Positions 11,076 to 22,665 of a stretch of 64,000 nt of DNA are shown here, piece after piece. Under the pieces are notes generated by a model. It worked only from the letters and a program-made list of their open reading frames with translations. It had not been told where the DNA came from and did not search any database. The stretch spans positions 243-64,242 of the forward strand of contig WFVT01000284.1 in NCBI GenBank assembly GCA_015491485.1. Direction: 5' to 3'. Positions within the stretch are counted from its first letter, which is position 1, and each line of letters opens with the position of its first letter. The DNA comes from Candidatus Zhuqueibacterota bacterium (GTDB lineage: Bacteria; Zhuqueibacterota; Zhuqueibacteria; Zhuqueibacterales; Geothermadaptataceae). The translations under genes and the position numbers were made by a program.

Positions 11076-11660
11076 ATGAGCAATAAAAATGGAAAAGTCG
11101 TCGGCATTCTGGCCGAATTTGAAAATCCGGCTGCTCTGATTAAAGCAGCCAGTGCGCTGCGCGACAACGGCTTTAAAGACTTTGATTGTTACACGCCGTT
11201 TCCGGTGCATGGCATGGATCGCGCCATGGGACTGAAGCGATCCAAATTGGGATTTGTGGTTGGCATCATGGGACTTCTGGGCGGTTCGGGCGGTTTGCTC
11301 ATGCAATGGTGGATGAGCGCGGTCGATTATCCGCTGATCATCTCCGGCAAGCCGTTCTTCAGTCTGCCCGCGTTTATTCCGGTGGTGTTTGAATTGACCG
11401 TTTTGCTGGCCTCGTTCGGCGCCGTGTTTGGGATGTGGCATTTCAACCGGCTGCCGCGGTTGCACCATCCGGTCTTCTATTCCGAGCGGTTTTCCAAAGC
11501 CACCGATGATGGCTTTTTTGTTGCGATCGAAGCCAGCGATCCCCAATTTGATGCCCAGAAAAACGAAGAATTGTTCAAATCTCTGGGTGCTGTGCATATC
11601 GAGCTTTTGCAAGAAGATGAGCAAGAAGTCAAAGAAGAACCTGTTCTGCAGACGGCCTGA
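11076..11660 (+). CDS. actD: Alternative complex III subunit ActD (DUF3341-type)
   Basis: VGILAEFENPAALIKAASALRDNGFKDFDCYTPFPVHG, then two TM helices; position between actC and actE. Confidence 0.8.
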   Translation: MSNKNGKVVGILAEFENPAALIKAASALRDNGFKDFDCYTPFPVHGMDRAMGLKRSKLGFVVGIMGLLGGSGGLLMQWWMSAVDYPLIISGKPFFSLPAFIPVVFELTVLLASFGAVFGMWHFNRLPRLHHPVFYSERFSKATDDGFFVAIEASDPQFDAQKNEELFKSLGAVHIELLQEDEQEVKEEPVLQTA

Positions 11661-11721
11661 AAGCCGCAGGGCAGGCAATTTCCGTGCATTGAATCAGGAT
11701 TATTGAATCAGAGAGATAGCA

Positions 11722-12360
11722 ATGCGAATCCGAAACCATCGTAAGTTGATTGTTCCCCGTCGGTTGTTGCTGTTCAGTCTGTTAGCCGGGGTGGCATTTA
11801 CGGGCTGTTTTCGGGGGAAGCCGTTTGAAGATACCCCGATTTACATTCCGCATGGAATGGAAAATCAGCCCAAATACCTGCCACAGGGACCAAGCGAATT
11901 TTTTGTCGATGGCGCGGCCATGCGCATGCCGGTGCCCGGCACGGTAGCACGTGGAGAGCTGTATGAGGATACGGCGTTTTACTTTGGCGTGGATGCCAAT
12001 GGCGACACGCTGCGGGAGATGCCGGTGCCCATCACTATGGACCTGCTCAAGCGCGGGCGTGAGCGTTATGATATTTTCTGCGCGCCGTGTCATAGCCGCG
12101 TCGGAGATGGAAAAGGCATTGTCGTACAATACAATTTCCTGCCCCCGCCGACGTTCCATGATGATCGGCTACGCAATGTCAAAGACGGACATCTCTTCAA
12201 TGTGATTTCCAATGGCATTCGAAATATGCCCGGTTATCGCCATCAAATCAATGTGAAAGATCGATGGGCGATTGTGGCTTATATCCGTGCCTTACAAAGA
12301 AGTCAAAATGCTACGATTGATGACTTGCCAGAGGAGATAAGGGCTCAATATGAAAACTAA
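11722..12360 (+). CDS. actE: Alternative complex III subunit ActE, monohaem cytochrome c lipoprotein
   Basis: Lipobox-like LLAGVAFTGC and a single CAPCH haem motif; position in the cluster. Confidence 0.8.
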   Translation: MRIRNHRKLIVPRRLLLFSLLAGVAFTGCFRGKPFEDTPIYIPHGMENQPKYLPQGPSEFFVDGAAMRMPVPGTVARGELYEDTAFYFGVDANGDTLREMPVPITMDLLKRGRERYDIFCAPCHSRVGDGKGIVVQYNFLPPPTFHDDRLRNVKDGHLFNVISNGIRNMPGYRHQINVKDRWAIVAYIRALQRSQNATIDDLPEEIRAQYEN

Positions 12361-13540
12361 GTTTAATCGCGACACGTTTCGAATCACCGAACCCGGAAAT
12401 CTTGGAAAATTCGCCCTGATCGCCGGCATCGGCGGACTGGCGCTCAGCGCAGCCGGCTATTTCACCGATTCGAAGCAGTTTTACTTTTCCTATCTCACGG
12501 CTTTCGCATTTTGGGCCACCATCGGCCTCGGCGGTCTGTTTTTTACCATGCTGCATCATCTGACCAGTGCCACCTGGAGCGTGGTTCTGCGCCGCTTGAC
12601 CGAAACCGTGATGGCGTCTCTGCCGATTTTGATCATCCTGTTTCTCCCCGTGGTTTTGGGGATGCACGATCTTTATCACTGGACCCATAAAGATGTCGTG
12701 GAGCAGGATGCCGTCCTGAAAAGCAAAGCCGCCTATTTGAATGTTCCATTTTTTCTGGTTCGCACCGGTCTTTATTTTCTGATCTGGTTCCTGCTTTCGC
12801 GCAGCCTTTATGGAACCTCGCTGAAAGAAGATCAGGGTAGTTCACCGGATTTGACCATGAAAATGAAGCGGGTCAGCGCTCCGGGAATGGTGCTCTTCGG
12901 CCTGACCCTGACGTACGCCTCCTTCGACTGGCTCATGTCCCTGGATCCGCACTGGTATTCCACCATTTACGGCGTCTATGTATTCAGCGGATCCGTCCTT
13001 GCCATTCTTTCTTTTTTGGTGCTGGTGGCACTCTATCTGCGTAAACAGGAAATCCTCGACGATGTGATTACCGTTGAGCACTACCACGATCTCGGCAAGC
13101 TGCTTTTTGCATTTACGGTTTTTTGGGCGTACATCGCGTTCTCCCAGTTCATGCTGATCTGGTATGCCAATATTCCGGAAGAAACGCTGTTTTTCCAACA
13201 CCGCTGGCACGGCTCCTGGAAAGTCGTCAGCATGATTATCCTGTTCGGACATTTTGTGATTCCTTTCGTGGTTCTTTTGACCCGCGCCGCCAAACGCAAT
13301 CTCCTGATTCTCAAAGTGATGGCGGTCTGGTTGCTGCTGATGCACTGGGTGGATATTTACTGGCTGGTCATGCCCACACTGCACAAAGAAGGCGCGGTGG
13401 TTTCCTGGCTGGATGTGACCACCATGGTCGGTGTTGGCGGCATCTTTGTCTGGCTATTCTGGAATCGTTTCGTCAGCCAACCGATTGTCCCGGTAAATGA
13501 TCCCAAGTTTGCGGCTTCAGTTCAGTTTGAAAATATTTAA
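12350..13540 (+). CDS. actF: Alternative complex III subunit ActF (second NrfD-like membrane subunit)
   Basis: 396-aa polytopic membrane protein. Overlaps actE by 11 nt. Position after actE. Confidence 0.8.
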   Translation: MKTKFNRDTFRITEPGNLGKFALIAGIGGLALSAAGYFTDSKQFYFSYLTAFAFWATIGLGGLFFTMLHHLTSATWSVVLRRLTETVMASLPILIILFLPVVLGMHDLYHWTHKDVVEQDAVLKSKAAYLNVPFFLVRTGLYFLIWFLLSRSLYGTSLKEDQGSSPDLTMKMKRVSAPGMVLFGLTLTYASFDWLMSLDPHWYSTIYGVYVFSGSVLAILSFLVLVALYLRKQEILDDVITVEHYHDLGKLLFAFTVFWAYIAFSQFMLIWYANIPEETLFFQHRWHGSWKVVSMIILFGHFVIPFVVLLTRAAKRNLLILKVMAVWLLLMHWVDIYWLVMPTLHKEGAVVSWLDVTTMVGVGGIFVWLFWNRFVSQPIVPVNDPKFAASVQFENI

Positions 13541-13549
13541 GGTGACATT

Positions 13550-13897
13550 ATGGGTGAGATGAAAGCGCAAGATTCACATCAGCAAACGAGCGGCGGATAC
13601 GAAAAACAGGATATTGATATCAAATCCATTTTTATGTGGGCTTTGCTGTCGTTCGTGGTGATTGCCGGCATGCTGATTTTCCTGTATGAATATTTTATCG
13701 TTGAGAAAGAAAAAGAAGTATATGAAGCGGTTCTGAAACCGGAATCACCGAAGCTGATGCTGTTGCGGATCACGGAAGATGATATTTTAAACAATTATGC
13801 CGTCATCGATGCCAACAAAGGCATTTACCGCATTCCGATTGATAGCGCCATGAAAATCGTGGCGCAGGAAGCGGCGCAGCGCCGTTCACGGCGATGA
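13550..13897 (+). CDS. Small single-TM membrane protein, possible ActG-like or oxidase accessory subunit
   Basis: 115 aa with one TM (IFMWALLSFVVIAGMLIFLY). 9 nt after actF; its stop overlaps the SCO start (ATGA). Confidence 0.5.
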   Translation: MGEMKAQDSHQQTSGGYEKQDIDIKSIFMWALLSFVVIAGMLIFLYEYFIVEKEKEVYEAVLKPESPKLMLLRITEDDILNNYAVIDANKGIYRIPIDSAMKIVAQEAAQRRSRR

Positions 13898-14742
13898 CTC
13901 ACAAATCTCTTTTGCGTGCTGTCATGAAAAGGCAAATGCAGCGCAGAGCCCGTTTAGGGCTGCTGTTCTTTTTTATTATAATGCCGGCGGCGAAGGGCCA
14001 GATCATCTCCGATAAACCGCCGCAGCCGCTGATGGACGTCGGCGTCGAAGAGCGGTTGGGCGAGACCATCCCGCTGGATTTGTTGTTTGTCAATTCGCGC
14101 GGCGATACGGTGACGCTGGGGCAATACTTCAAGCAGGGCAAACCGGTGCTTCTGTCCATGGTCTATTACGAATGCCCCATGCTTTGTACCCTGGTTTTAA
14201 ACGGACTGACCAACGCCCTGCAACAAATACCATGGACGCCGGGTCGGGAATTCCAGATGGTCACCGTCAGTATCGATCCGGAAGAAACCCCGGACTTAGC
14301 CGCTCAGAAAAAGTATCGCTACTTGCGGAGTTTGCGTAAGCCCGGTATTCCTGAAGAGGGCTGGGTGTTTTTGGTCGGCGACTCGAGCCAATCCAAAAAA
14401 TTGGCGGATGCGCTCGGATTTCGCTATAAGTATGATGCCAAACAAGACAATTACGCCCATCCGGCGGTGGCTTTTCTTCTGACCGAAAACGGCAAAATCT
14501 CGCGGTATTTGTACGGTATCGAATTCAAGGAACGCGATCTGCGTCTGGCGCTTCTGGAAGCCGGTGAAGGAAAAATCGGAAATACGCTGGACAAAATCAT
14601 TCTGTTTTGCTACCATTACGATCCGGATTCGCAGAGTTACACCCTGTTTGCAACCAATTTGATGCGCCTGGGTGGTGTGCTGACCGTGATCGTTTTGGGA
14701 ATTCTTCTGGGGATTCTCTGGAAGAAAGATAAATTCAAATAG
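13894..14742 (+). CDS. SCO1/SenC-family copper chaperone (thioredoxin fold) with C-terminal TM anchor
   Basis: CxxxC motif YYECPMLCTLVLNG, a downstream His (YAHPAVAF) and a C-terminal TM helix. Confidence 0.8.
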   Translation: MTHKSLLRAVMKRQMQRRARLGLLFFFIIMPAAKGQIISDKPPQPLMDVGVEERLGETIPLDLLFVNSRGDTVTLGQYFKQGKPVLLSMVYYECPMLCTLVLNGLTNALQQIPWTPGREFQMVTVSIDPEETPDLAAQKKYRYLRSLRKPGIPEEGWVFLVGDSSQSKKLADALGFRYKYDAKQDNYAHPAVAFLLTENGKISRYLYGIEFKERDLRLALLEAGEGKIGNTLDKIILFCYHYDPDSQSYTLFATNLMRLGGVLTVIVLGILLGILWKKDKFK

Positions 14743-14774
14743 ATGATTTAATGCAAGGTAAGGTGTAAGCGAGC

Positions 14775-15719
14775 ATGGAAAATTCGGGAACATTTTGGTT
14801 ACCGAGAGCAGCTTCAACCTATGCTGCCGACGTGGACGGATTGTTCTACTTCATTTTATGGACATCCGTCGTTATTTTTGCCCTGGTGGTCTTCGGGCTC
14901 ATCTACCTGAGTATTCGCTACAAAAAACGCGGAAAAACGGAGCTGACCGCGGGGATCTCCCACAACACCAAATTGGAACTCACCTGGACGATCATTCCCA
15001 CCTTGCTGATTCTGGTGGTCTTTGTGTGGGGATTTCGCGGTTACATGAAAATGCGTGTTGTGCCCAAAGATGCGATTGAAATTCGCGTCACCGCTCAAAA
15101 GTGGTTCTGGAGTTTCGACTATCAGGAAGGGATCAACTCGGTGGGTGAGCTGGTGGTCCCTGCCGGTAAGCCGATTAAACTGCTCATCTCATCCCGGGAT
15201 GTGATTCACAGCCTGTTCGTTCCGGACTTTCGCCTCAAAATGGATGCCGTCCCCAACCGCTATACCATCGCCTGGTTTCAGGCTGACGAGCTTGGCGAAT
15301 ACCAGCTTTACTGCACCGAATACTGTGGTACAGAACATTCAAAGATGCTGGGTAAAGTCCGGGTCCTGTCGCAGGGTGACTATGAAAACTGGGTCAATGA
15401 AAATTCGCAGTTGGGACAGGGGTTGACCTTGGAAGAATTCGGACGCCAACTGTACGAAAACAAAGGCTGCATGCCCTGCCACTCCTTGGACGGAACGACG
15501 AAAATCGGCCCGAGCTTCAAAGGCATTTTCGGCCACGAAGTACAACTCACCAGCGGAGAAACCGTGATTGTTGACGAGAATTATATTCGTGAATCCATCC
15601 TGAATCCACAGGCGAAGATCGTTGCCGGCTTTCAACCGGTGATGCCGCCTTATCAGGGCATCCTGAAGCCCCAGGAAGTGGATGCATTAATCGCTTTTAT
15701 CAAATCTCTGAAAGAGTAA
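14775..15719 (+). CDS. ctaC: Cytochrome c oxidase subunit II with fused C-terminal cytochrome c domain (caa3 type)
   Basis: Two N-terminal TMs, CuA motif HSLFVPDF...CTEYCGTEHSKM, and a C-terminal CMPCH haem c motif. Confidence 0.9.
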   Translation: MENSGTFWLPRAASTYAADVDGLFYFILWTSVVIFALVVFGLIYLSIRYKKRGKTELTAGISHNTKLELTWTIIPTLLILVVFVWGFRGYMKMRVVPKDAIEIRVTAQKWFWSFDYQEGINSVGELVVPAGKPIKLLISSRDVIHSLFVPDFRLKMDAVPNRYTIAWFQADELGEYQLYCTEYCGTEHSKMLGKVRVLSQGDYENWVNENSQLGQGLTLEEFGRQLYENKGCMPCHSLDGTTKIGPSFKGIFGHEVQLTSGETVIVDENYIRESILNPQAKIVAGFQPVMPPYQGILKPQEVDALIAFIKSLKE

Positions 15720-15737
15720 CGGAAAGAGAGGCTTACC

Positions 15738-17366
<1,629 letters not shown>

Positions 17367-17434
17367 GGGCATTTATAAATCCAATAACACGGCTAAATTT
17401 GACAGTAACCGATTGAAAACCTTTGGGAAGAATC

Positions 17435-18082
17435 ATGGACGTAGCCACTGATCGACCGGCCTATCTTGCCGAACACTTCACCGACGCCGAGCAGCAAAAA
17501 GAGTCGGCAAAGTTGGGCATGTGGGTTTTTCTGCTGACAGAAATTTTGCTTTTCGGTGGATTGTTTTGCGCTTATGCAATTTACCGGGCGTGGTACCCAG
17601 ATATGTTCTATAACGCCCATAAGCATCTGGATGTCGTTCTCGGCGCTGTGAACACCGTGGTGCTGATTCTCAGCTCCGTGACAGTCGCTCTGGCAATTCA
17701 TGCCATTCAGCATAATAAGCGCAAACAGTCCATTATCTTTTTGACGGTTACTTTGCTGTTCGCCGCGACATTTCTGGTGATCAAATATTTCGAGTACAGC
17801 CACAAAATTCATCTCGGAATGTTGCCGGGTAAATTTTACACCTATACCGGAATTGAAGGTACTAACCCGCATATTTTCTTCACCATTTACTTTACCATGA
17901 CCGGCCTGCACGGATTACACGTCCTCGCAGGAATGATTGTCATCGGTTGGGTATTGATTCGAACGATCAAAGGACATTTTAACTCGGAATATTATACGCC
18001 GGTTGAAAATGCCGGACTCTACTGGCACCTTGTCGATATGATCTGGATTTATCTATTTCCTTTACTGTATCTCGTAGGGTGA
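17435..18082 (+). CDS. ctaE: Cytochrome c oxidase subunit III
   Basis: Multi-TM protein with WVFLLTEILLFGGLF, YFTMTGLHGLHV and YWHLVD motifs. ATG 17435 preferred over TTG 17423. Confidence 0.85.
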   Translation: MDVATDRPAYLAEHFTDAEQQKESAKLGMWVFLLTEILLFGGLFCAYAIYRAWYPDMFYNAHKHLDVVLGAVNTVVLILSSVTVALAIHAIQHNKRKQSIIFLTVTLLFAATFLVIKYFEYSHKIHLGMLPGKFYTYTGIEGTNPHIFFTIYFTMTGLHGLHVLAGMIVIGWVLIRTIKGHFNSEYYTPVENAGLYWHLVDMIWIYLFPLLYLVG

Positions 18083-18086
18083 AATC

Positions 18087-18473
18087 ATGAGCAAAAAAGA
18101 CCATCAAGAGCATGTGATTCCTTTAATGGTTTATCTGGCGGTCGGTGCTGCCTTGTTGGTATTGACCGTGATTACGGTGGCCGTTTCTTATGTCAATCTC
18201 GGCCCTTTTAATCTGGTTGTGGCGATCGGTATCGCGACTTTTAAAGCCATGCTGGTTGCCCTGTTTTTCATGCATTTACTTTATGATAACAAGCTTTTTA
18301 TGGCGGTGTTTCTATCCGGATTGATGTTTCTTGGCGTTTTCATCATCCTCACGATGTTCGATACCATGAAACGTGATATGATTTACGATGAAGTCGCCAA
18401 GCCCATAAACCCCAAAGCCGTGATTTATCAAGAGTCCGCGCCGCCGACGGATCAGACAGGCGGTCAGCAGTAA
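18087..18473 (+). CDS. ctaF: Cytochrome c oxidase subunit IV (prokaryotic caa3 type)
   Basis: 128 aa, 3 TM, FKAMLVALFFMHL motif; 4 nt after subunit III. Confidence 0.75.
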   Translation: MSKKDHQEHVIPLMVYLAVGAALLVLTVITVAVSYVNLGPFNLVVAIGIATFKAMLVALFFMHLLYDNKLFMAVFLSGLMFLGVFIILTMFDTMKRDMIYDEVAKPINPKAVIYQESAPPTDQTGGQQ

Positions 18474-18497
18474 AACGACAAGACTTCATGCCTGTGA

Positions 18498-18541
18498 TAC
18501 CCATTCCGTATCCATCCGTGTTATGGAATGGGTTTCTTTTT
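18498..18541 (+). terminator. Rho-independent terminator after oxidase subunit IV
   Basis: Stem ACCCATTCC / GGAATGGGT (9 bp), 17-nt loop, then TTCTTTTTA. Confidence 0.5.
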
Positions 18542-18659
18542 ATGTACAGTCTCACGATATTTTAGATTTAACACCGGCGTGTTCTGGAAGGGAGCCTCTT
18601 TCGGCTCCGCAAATGTAGATCACATGGTTCTGAAAAATGGGCTAAAACAGGTGAAAACC

Positions 18660-19262
18660 ATGAGTCGTGAAAAGCGGCTATTTCGCATTTTATTGTGGCT
18701 GGGCTTGCTTTCGGTCGTTGCTGCGGCCGGGGCGCTGTATATGATCTCCCGGCAGAAGGATGTACGCCACGAGTTGCCTGTTCTCGGCGCGGTGCCGTCA
18801 TTTACGTTTTCTGAGTGCCGCGGAGGTGAGGTGACAGATCAGGCCCTTCAGGGAAAAATCACCGTTCTGGATTTCATTTTCACGCGCTGTAAATCCGCCT
18901 GTCCGGTGATGAGCGGCAAGATGCTGCAGCTTTACAATTTGTTCCGCAGCAGCGACCGGGTGCAGTTCATCTCTATTTCGGTGGATCCGGATTACGATAC
19001 CCCCGAGGTTTTGCGACGCTATGCCGAAAAACTGGGGGTGACCGATTTGCGGTGGCTGTTTTTGCGTGGACCGATTGAAGACGTGAAAAGGTTGTCAGAA
19101 GAGGGATTCAAGTTGAGCGGGGAATTTCCCGGCATGCACAGCACGAAACTCATTCTCATCGATGAACGTGCGCGCATCCGCGGCTATTATGATCCGTATG
19201 ACAACATCAGCATGCACAAACTCAAAACGCATATCCGACAACTGCTCGCCCAAATGCCATGA
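18660..19262 (+). CDS. Second SCO1/SenC-family copper chaperone
   Basis: Start placed at ATG 18660 (MSREKRLFRILLWLGLLSVVAAAG = TM anchor). CxxxC motif FTRCKSACPVMSG. ISISVDPDYDTP is typical of the SCO fold. Confidence 0.8.
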   Translation: MSREKRLFRILLWLGLLSVVAAAGALYMISRQKDVRHELPVLGAVPSFTFSECRGGEVTDQALQGKITVLDFIFTRCKSACPVMSGKMLQLYNLFRSSDRVQFISISVDPDYDTPEVLRRYAEKLGVTDLRWLFLRGPIEDVKRLSEEGFKLSGEFPGMHSTKLILIDERARIRGYYDPYDNISMHKLKTHIRQLLAQMP

Positions 19263-19672
19263 ATGTTCAAGACTTACCGACTCTGAATGCCGTTCTCAAC
19301 AGCATTAGTGCGGTCTTCCTGAGCCTTGGATATATACAAATCAAAAAAGGGCGTCGGGAACAGCACCGCAAATGGATGATTGCGGCGCTGGTTACCTCGG
19401 CCTTATTTCTGACATCCTATCTCATCTACCACAGCCAGGTCGGCTCCGTTAAGTATCCACATTACGATTGGACGCGTCCCGTCTATTTTGCCGTTTTGAT
19501 TCCCCACATCATTTTAGCCGCAGTCATGACGCCGTTCATCCTTATCGCCGTATGGCATGCCTGGCATGCGCGGTTTGAGAAGCATCGGCGGCTGGTGAGG
19601 TGGATATGGCCGGTTTGGATGTTCGTTTCCGTCAGCGGTGTGGTGGTTTATTGGATGTTGTATCATCTATGA
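19259..19672 (+). CDS. DUF420-family membrane protein (CtaM-like oxidase-associated protein)
   Basis: 137 aa, 4 TM. N-terminus LPTLNAVLNSISAVFLSLGYIQIKKG and conserved His residues typical of DUF420. ATGA overlap with the SCO gene. Confidence 0.7.
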   Translation: MNVQDLPTLNAVLNSISAVFLSLGYIQIKKGRREQHRKWMIAALVTSALFLTSYLIYHSQVGSVKYPHYDWTRPVYFAVLIPHIILAAVMTPFILIAVWHAWHARFEKHRRLVRWIWPVWMFVSVSGVVVYWMLYHL

Positions 19673-20545
19673 TGGGTGCTGGCGATAACCGCGCAATCGG
19701 ATTTTCTCAATCGTTTTGCCTACCAACCAGCGGGCCCGGCACCATCTCGAAGTTAAATAGCCTCGCCATTTATCGGCCCTTTCCGCAAAAAAAGCCGAGC
19801 CGGTCAAATCCGAAAGAATCCGAAGCAGCCGGATATGCACGAGTACGTACATCGGTGAAGCCAGGCGGTGCGTCGGATGGAGATCATACAAATTCCAGTA
19901 GCCCAGATCATATCGGTATAAATTGCGTTTAAGACCACTGATCGCCTGTTGCCATAAATTCTGGATGGCGTCATCCGGAAAAAAGGCGAGATAATCGTGC
20001 AGGCCAATTAATGAAAAGATGTGACCATTCAACACCTGTGACGGCGGATCCGTGGGAAATTCTTCGAAGATGGGGGAGCCATCCGGAAACGATGAACGCA
20101 CGCCTCCGGCTTTCACCTCATGCTGAAAGGGAATGACCGCCCGGCGGACGAGGTCTAAAATGCGGGGGTCGGGCTGGATTTCGTGAAGGCGCAACAGCAG
20201 AGAAATCGCCTCACCCTGCGCCATCGCGGAGATCCATGGAGCCCGGGGGCCATAAAATGCAAGATCATACTGGAAAATCCAGGCGAGTGCATCGTGTTTC
20301 CAGGGACGCGCGTTTTGTAACAGCCAGTTGCCGGCGGTTTGAGCGATTTGCAATGCCGAAGCATCCTTATTCTTGAAATGCATACGAAGATGGTGCAGGC
20401 CGTACTGCGCGATCGTGATGGGATTATACTGCAAGCCCCATCGTTCATCAATCCAAACCTGCGGAATTCCCTGCGCATCTTTTGGATATTGAAAATCATC
20501 CACCCCATCCCAATCAAACGGATAAATGGGATTGAGACGCGGCAT
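19667..20545 (-). CDS. D-glucuronyl C5-epimerase C-terminal-domain family protein
   Basis: YNPITIAQYGL, WISAMAQGEAISLLLR, NGHIFSLIGLHDY and YDLGYW resemble the C5-epimerase C-terminal domain. Confidence 0.6.
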   Translation of the reverse strand: MPRLNPIYPFDWDGVDDFQYPKDAQGIPQVWIDERWGLQYNPITIAQYGLHHLRMHFKNKDASALQIAQTAGNWLLQNARPWKHDALAWIFQYDLAFYGPRAPWISAMAQGEAISLLLRLHEIQPDPRILDLVRRAVIPFQHEVKAGGVRSSFPDGSPIFEEFPTDPPSQVLNGHIFSLIGLHDYLAFFPDDAIQNLWQQAISGLKRNLYRYDLGYWNLYDLHPTHRLASPMYVLVHIRLLRILSDLTGSAFFAERADKWRGYLTSRWCRARWLVGKTIEKIRLRGYRQHPS

Positions 20546-21204
20546 CCAAAAAACTCCTTTTTAATTTGGTGTGAGGATCAATTCGGGACGGAAATTTATA
20601 TATTTAAAGATACCGTTTACGATGATCAACCGCAGCAAAACTGCAGGGATTGGATTGTGTTTTTGGCGAGCCGATGGTTATTCGCCCTGAAGAGGTTAGC
20701 ATCCCGTGGTTTACCCCGGGATGGATAATGAGCAGGGACGATCGAAATCAGACGGCGGCGCCAGGTATATCATTAAATATAATCAAATATTTTAAAATTT
20801 CCAAATTTTAATTATCAGAAACGGAAGATTGAATAATGAAAAACCGGTTTGAAAAGAGCGGGGCGACATAATTGGAGAAAGCGTTTTTTCAACCTCAAAG
20901 CACACAACGAATACAGAGGGAATGATTGGGTTTAAACCATTTGTGTTGATCGTGGTATTTCAGTGACGAAGTCATGATGATGAAATACGAATAGTCTCAA
21001 TTGCGGATATCCCGGCTGAGTATTTTCTGTGGCAAATCCAACAACGGCGGCATGGTTTCGATAGATCATTTGCGCAAAGTTGTATCACGGAATCGCTCCA
21101 ATTTCAGGCAATTGCACCATCTTTACGTGCAAAATTGTGGATGCCCTTCCGTTTTATTCTCCAAAGGCGAAAAAAGTTGTATTTTTCTCAGCAATTTTAT
21201 ATAA

Positions 21205-21224
21205 TTGACCTACTGGTCGGTCAA
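21205..21224. promoter_or_regulatory. Imperfect palindrome, candidate TetR operator
   Basis: TTGACCTACTGGTCGGTCAA matches its own reverse complement at 16 of 20 positions. It lies 37 nt upstream of the TetR start, after TTTTATATAA. Confidence 0.35.
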
Positions 21225-21260
21225 AAACAGCCATGTCACATTCTTGAACCTTCATCTGCC

Positions 21261-21875
21261 ATGCCGAAGATCGTCGATAAAGCCGCCAAGCGGGATGATA
21301 TTTTACAAGCGGCGCTGAAAGTATTTGCCCGAAAGGGGTACAATTATACCAAAATGATTGATATCGCCCGGGAAGCCGATATCGGGAAGGGGACCATTTA
21401 TGAATACTTCCGCAGCAAGGAAGATATTCTGTTAACCGCCTACAACCAGTACGTTCAAAGAAGCCGGCGTGTGGTGGACGATATTCTTGCCGGTTCCGTG
21501 TCGCCCCTTGAGAAGATTCGGCAAATCATTCTGCAGACCATTTCCATCTATGCGCAGGATCCGAGTGTCATGCGGGTCTTTTTTGACTTCTGGATTGAAA
21601 GCACTCATAACGACAGCGTCACGGATATGGATTTTAAAAAATTGTATGCCGATTACCGTTCCCTGGCAAAGCGGTTGCTGGATGAAGCACAGGCGGCAGG
21701 GCAAATCCGCCGAGACATCGGCAAACACGTTTCTTCTATTCTGATTGCCGTGGTCGAAGGAACCTTCCTGCAATGGATCATCGATCCCGAAGCATTTGAT
21801 TTGTCTGAAATGGCGGAGGATATTGTGGATACGCTCATTCGCGGCCTGGCGGCACTGAACGAAGGGGCGACCTAA
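21261..21875 (+). CDS. TetR/AcrR-family transcriptional regulator
   Basis: N-terminal HTH ILQAALKVFARKGYNYTKMIDIAREADIGKGTIYEYFRSKEDIL. Start placed at ATG 21261. Confidence 0.9.
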   Translation: MPKIVDKAAKRDDILQAALKVFARKGYNYTKMIDIAREADIGKGTIYEYFRSKEDILLTAYNQYVQRSRRVVDDILAGSVSPLEKIRQIILQTISIYAQDPSVMRVFFDFWIESTHNDSVTDMDFKKLYADYRSLAKRLLDEAQAAGQIRRDIGKHVSSILIAVVEGTFLQWIIDPEAFDLSEMAEDIVDTLIRGLAALNEGAT

Positions 21876-21900
21876 TTGCAAAGGCAAAAGGAGGATCGCC

Positions 21901-22665
21901 GTGAAAGCGCTTTCAATGGCATTCTGGCTTGTTTTGATTTTGGGATCCGGAGTCATTGCACAGCCCGATGACCGGGCAACCGAAATTATTCGCCGTGCCG
22001 ATGAATTGCTGCGCGGAAAGACCCAGCAAGGGACTTATAAAATGATGGTTATCCGGCCGGAATGGCAACGCACCATGCGGTTTAAATTCTGGTCGGAAGG
22101 AACAGAAAAATCCTTTATCCTCATTCTGGAGCCGGCCAAAGAACGCGGCATCACCTTCCTGAAAATCAAAAACGAGATGTGGAATTATATCCCGCGAATC
22201 AATCGCATTATTAAGATTCCGCCTTCCATGATGCTGCAATCCTGGATGGGGTCTGATTTCACCAATGATGATCTGGTCAAAGAATCGAATGTAGTTGAAG
22301 ATTACCGCCATCAATTATTGGGAGAGGAAGTCCTCGAAGGGGAGCCCGCTTATAAACTTGAACTGACTCCAAAGGCGGAGTCGGCGGTGGTATGGGGAAA
22401 AATCGTTGAATGGATCCGTAAAAAAGACTACGTGCCCTTGCGGGCGGAATATTATAATGAACGCGGAGAGCGCATCCGAATCATGCTGTTCAAAGACATT
22501 AAACGGATGGGCGGACGGGTGATTCCGACCCGCATGGAATTGTTGAATGAAAAAAAGCCCGGCAACCGGACGGTTCTGGTGCTGGAAAATGTGGTTTTTG
22601 ATCGTCCCATTCCCCGGTCGGTTTTTACCATGACCTTTCTAAAGCGTGCGCGGTCATTGCGATGA
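21901..22665 (+). CDS. LolA-like outer-membrane lipoprotein-sorting (carrier) family protein
   Basis: Signal peptide MKALSMAFWLVLILGSGVIAQP. About 250-aa beta-rich protein with WMGSDFTNDDL and YKLELTPK motifs typical of the LolA_like family found next to FtsX permeases. Confidence 0.6.
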   Translation: MKALSMAFWLVLILGSGVIAQPDDRATEIIRRADELLRGKTQQGTYKMMVIRPEWQRTMRFKFWSEGTEKSFILILEPAKERGITFLKIKNEMWNYIPRINRIIKIPPSMMLQSWMGSDFTNDDLVKESNVVEDYRHQLLGEEVLEGEPAYKLELTPKAESAVVWGKIVEWIRKKDYVPLRAEYYNERGERIRIMLFKDIKRMGGRVIPTRMELLNEKKPGNRTVLVLENVVFDRPIPRSVFTMTFLKRARSLR

